From an uncultured Thermodesulfovibrio sp. (lineage in GTDB: Bacteria > Nitrospirota > Thermodesulfovibrionia > UBA6902): a stretch of DNA of 37,929 nt. The notes under the pieces were generated by a model. It was not told the DNA's origin, searched no databases, and saw nothing but the letters and a program-made list of their open reading frames with translations. Shown in pieces: positions 35,555 through 37,929 of the stretch (the stretch's first letter is position 1; the number at the start of each line of letters is the position of its first letter). The stretch lies in assembly GCA_964653915.1 (NCBI GenBank), contig CAZZGC010000004.1, positions 1 through 37,929 of the forward strand. Reading direction: 5' to 3'. A program made the position numbers and the translations under genes.

Positions 35555-35619
35555 TTACTGCTTACGCCTTACTGCATACTGCTTACTGCCTACCGCCTAC
35601 TGCCTACTTCTTTTCCCGT
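35555..35619 (+). repeat. Composite repeat copy: 8 tandem heptamers plus one nonamer-like unit in a divergent intergenic region
   Basis: TTACTGC TTACGCC TTACTGC ATACTGC TTACTGC CTACCGC CTACTGC CTACTTC TTTTCCCGT. Confidence 0.9.
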
Positions 35620-35628
35620 TCGATTTAT

Positions 35629-35634
35629 TATAAT
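35629..35634 (+). promoter_or_regulatory. Candidate -10 hexamer TATAAT, 8 nt upstream of the ATG at 35643
   Basis: TATAAT is followed by AACTTACC and then the ATG. There is no SD, and the -35 is weak. Confidence 0.35.
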
Positions 35635-35642
35635 AACTTACC

Positions 35643-35819
35643 ATGACAAGGGACATCTGGATATCCCTGTTTTTACTGGGCGTCGTATTTTTCGGCTGGC
35701 CGATCGTCAGCATATTCCGGTACGGACTTGCCGCGTATCTGTTTGCCGCCTGGCTGACATTCATCGTGCTGGTGTTTCTGGCGACCCTATTCTCTGAGAA
35801 GAAAAAGGACGAAGGATAA
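35643..35819 (+). CDS. Small (58-aa) two-TM membrane protein preceding the symporter-kinase
   Basis: Below the 60-aa cut-off, so absent from the track. Translates as MTRDIWISLFLLGVVFFGWPIVSIFRYGLAAYLFAAWLTFIVLVFLATLFSEKKKDEG: two hydrophobic helices and a charged tail. Its TAA is followed in the same frame by the TTG of the next ORF. Confidence 0.5.
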   Translation: MTRDIWISLFLLGVVFFGWPIVSIFRYGLAAYLFAAWLTFIVLVFLATLFSEKKKDEG

Positions 35820-37929
35820 TTGTTCTCCACTGTTCTGCTCTTCATAGTCATACTTGCCTATCTCCTTCTTCTTTTTCTCGTAGCCCATTATGCCGAGAAA
35901 AAGGAAAGGAGGGGCAGAAGTCTTGTCTCCAATCCGTACGTCTATTCCCTTTCACTCGCGGTCTACTGCACATCATGGACGTTCTACGGAAGTGTCGGTA
36001 AGGCGGCCAACTCCGGGCTGAGTTTTCTTACCACTTACATCGGCCCAACATTAATAGCCGCACTCTGGTGGATTGTCCTGAGAAAAATAGTGATCATAGC
36101 ACGCGAAAAGAGAATCACCACGATATCGGACTTCATCGCCACCAGATACGGCAACTCTTTCTTCCTCTCGGCCCTGGTTACGCTGGTGGCCATCATAGGT
36201 ATCACTCCCTACCTAGGCCTCCAGCTCAAGGCCGTAATGACAACCTTTTCAATACTTGCCGGCAAACCCGAAGGCAGTCACTTCGCAGGATGGATAATTA
36301 CCCTCATATTGAGCATTTTCGCTATCTTCTTCGGCGCCAGAAGGATAGATGTCTCAGAGCGCCACGAAGGATTGATCTTTGCTATAGCATTTGAGTCCGC
36401 CATCAAACTTGTTGCATTCATTGCTGTCGGATTCAGTGTCACATACGGACTGTTTAACGGCTTCGGCGATATATTCGAAAGGATAAGAAATTCACCTTTT
36501 GCCTCGCTCATGACACTCGGCGGGGACTCAAAAATCAGTTACATACAGTGGACTTCACTCACCTTTCTCTCCATGATGGCGATAATGTTTCTTCCAAGGC
36601 AGTTTCAGGTCTCGGTTGTGGAAAACTCCTCACCTAATCATATCAAGAAGGCCATGTGGCTCTTTCCGCTTTATCTGTTTCTCATTAATATATTTGTAAT
36701 GCCAATCGCCTATGGAGGCCTTCTTCTTGGCGAGCCTCAGAGAAACGCCGACTATTTTGTACTGAGCATACCTCTTAATCAGGGAGCGCCCACGCTCGCC
36801 CTGCTGGCCTTCATAGGGGGGTTCTCTGCAGCCACCGCAATGATCATAGTGGAATCACTGGCACTGAGCACGATGGTCATGAACAGTTTTGTAGTCCCGG
36901 CAGTCTGGGGGCTCAACGCGATGAAGGGGTTCTACCTTATGATACTCAACACGAGAAGGATAATAATAGTCGGCCTCGTCTTTCTCGGTTATGCCTTCGC
37001 CATATATATAGGCGAATTCTACAGTCTAGTCGATATCGGTCTTAAATCATTCGAAGCTGTAACTATATTTGCGCCGGCATTCCTTCTGGGACTCTACTGG
37101 AAGGGCGCCAACAAGAACGGCGCAATTGCCGGCATCCTGGCCGGGTTCAGCGTATGGGCATACACATTGATGATACCCGCCCTCCTCAGGGCCGGCATCA
37201 TCGAGCGTGAGGGTGTGCTTGCAGACATTTTTAACTATTCATTCCTCAACCCCACGGCACTGTTCGGTCTTAAAGGACTTGACCGATGGAGCCATTCCCT
37301 TTTCTGGGGGCTGTTTCTCAATATCCTGTTTTTCGTTTCAGTATCGCTGTTCACAAGAGAGTCGGAAGCAGAGACAAAACAGGCGATGGTGTTCGTTGAC
37401 TCCTACTCTCCTCTGCAGCTCGGTATATCAGAGCGGCCCAAGAGTGTAGATGAGGTAGAACAGATACTCGCCGAGTATATCGGCCCATCCGATGCGTCCG
37501 CTGCGATAAAAGGGTTTCTGAGGAAAAACTCGCTCAACAGAAACGATATAAGCGACGAATGGCTGCTCAAGCTGCGGAGTGAGGCGGAGGTAACCCTGTC
37601 AGGTGCTCTTGGGCCATCCATCAGCAACCTGATATTCCGTGACAGGGCATTTCTGAAGCAGGATGAAAAGGCGCAGATATCCGACTCACTCAGAAAAATA
37701 TCGAGTAGCCTCCGCCTGTCGAGACAGGAACTTGCAGAAAAAAACCGGCAGCTTGCCCTTCTGAAGGAGTTCAGCGAAAACATCATCGAAAGTATCCCTC
37801 TTGGAGTTGCTACACTCGATGAAAATCTGAGAGTCAAATACTGGAATGCCGCCATGAAAAGCATAACCGGTATAGATACGGAAGACGCTCTGAATATGCA
37901 GGCACAGCTGCTGCTGAAGTGCCTCGAAC
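35820..37929 (+). CDS. Sensor histidine kinase with an N-terminal sodium/solute symporter (SLC5/SSS)-like domain and a PAS domain; 3' end outside the window
   Basis: I checked codon by codon that the frame is open from 35820 to the window end. Translation gives about 13 hydrophobic segments (..SNPYVYSLSLAVYCTSWTFYGSVG.., ..FLPRQFQV.., ..FAPAFLLGLYWKGANKNGA..), then a coiled linker and a PAS start (NIIESIPLGVATLDENLRVKYWNAAM). The first in-frame ATG is near 36238 and would delete several TM helices, so the TTG at 35820 is the likely start. A possible SD (AAAGGA) lies upstream. Confidence 0.85.
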   Translation, partial: MFSTVLLFIVILAYLLLLFLVAHYAEKKERRGRSLVSNPYVYSLSLAVYCTSWTFYGSVGKAANSGLSFLTTYIGPTLIAALWWIVLRKIVIIAREKRITTISDFIATRYGNSFFLSALVTLVAIIGITPYLGLQLKAVMTTFSILAGKPEGSHFAGWIITLILSIFAIFFGARRIDVSERHEGLIFAIAFESAIKLVAFIAVGFSVTYGLFNGFGDIFERIRNSPFASLMTLGGDSKISYIQWTSLTFLSMMAIMFLPRQFQVSVVENSSPNHIKKAMWLFPLYLFLINIFVMPIAYGGLLLGEPQRNADYFVLSIPLNQGAPTLALLAFIGGFSAATAMIIVESLALSTMVMNSFVVPAVWGLNAMKGFYLMILNTRRIIIVGLVFLGYAFAIYIGEFYSLVDIGLKSFEAVTIFAPAFLLGLYWKGANKNGAIAGILAGFSVWAYTLMIPALLRAGIIEREGVLADIFNYSFLNPTALFGLKGLDRWSHSLFWGLFLNILFFVSVSLFTRESEAETKQAMVFVDSYSPLQLGISERPKSVDEVEQILAEYIGPSDASAAIKGFLRKNSLNRNDISDEWLLKLRSEAEVTLSGALGPSISNLIFRDRAFLKQDEKAQISDSLRKISSSLRLSRQELAEKNRQLALLKEFSENIIESIPLGVATLDENLRVKYWNAAMKSITGIDTEDALNMQAQLLLKCLE

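Overview
This window is a bacterial chromosomal segment from a diderm, LPS-making organism; I cannot assign taxonomy from the sequence alone.

Gene content:
- **dcw cluster.** The core is a complete, collinear minus-strand division/cell-wall cluster: mraZ-rsmH-ftsL-ftsI-murE-murF-mraY-murD-ftsW-murG-murC-murB-ddl-ftsQ-ftsA-ftsZ (23993 down to 5855). proS is translationally appended directly behind ftsZ (5842 down to 4151).
- **Left flank.** A DHH/DHHA1-CBS-poly(A)-polymerase/CCA-family fusion gene, a small DUF3553-like ORF and a parvulin-type PPIase lipoprotein.
- **Right flank, plus strand.** xerD; a Lon-like protease with a large coiled-coil insert; LPS inner-core genes (a heptosyltransferase II-GmhB fusion, heptosyltransferase I, DUF3108); ugd; tpiA-secG.
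- **Accessory patch.** A visibly A/T-richer stretch carries a vapBC-type toxin-antitoxin pair, an orphan ORF and an HTH/Zn-ribbon regulator.
- **Right end.** A 58-codon membrane ORF is followed in the same frame by a sodium/solute-symporter-domain PAS sensor kinase. The kinase runs off the window and is absent from the supplied ORF track.

I see no rRNA, tRNA, CRISPR array, transposase, or defence-island hallmarks such as helicase/nuclease/methylase sets or reverse transcriptase. I do not find a convincing new multi-gene system.

The signals the gene list does not explain are:
1. A modular intergenic repeat family of CTACTGC heptamer arrays, CTTTCCCGC nonamer arrays and a GC-rich palindrome, present at 8 intergenic loci.
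2. A second heptamer family (TAGAGTT/TGGAGTT) bracketing xerD.
3. Five operon-leading genes whose ATG lies 6-9 nt behind a -10 hexamer with no Shine-Dalgarno, a leaderless-type layout. Four sit directly downstream of repeat copies; tpiA does not.
4. A near-consensus Pmra promoter followed by 10-nt-phased GTGG boxes, which moves the mraZ start.
5. The TAA-TTG same-frame junction between the small membrane ORF and the symporter-kinase.
6. Several domain fusions.

All functional readings of these are inference.
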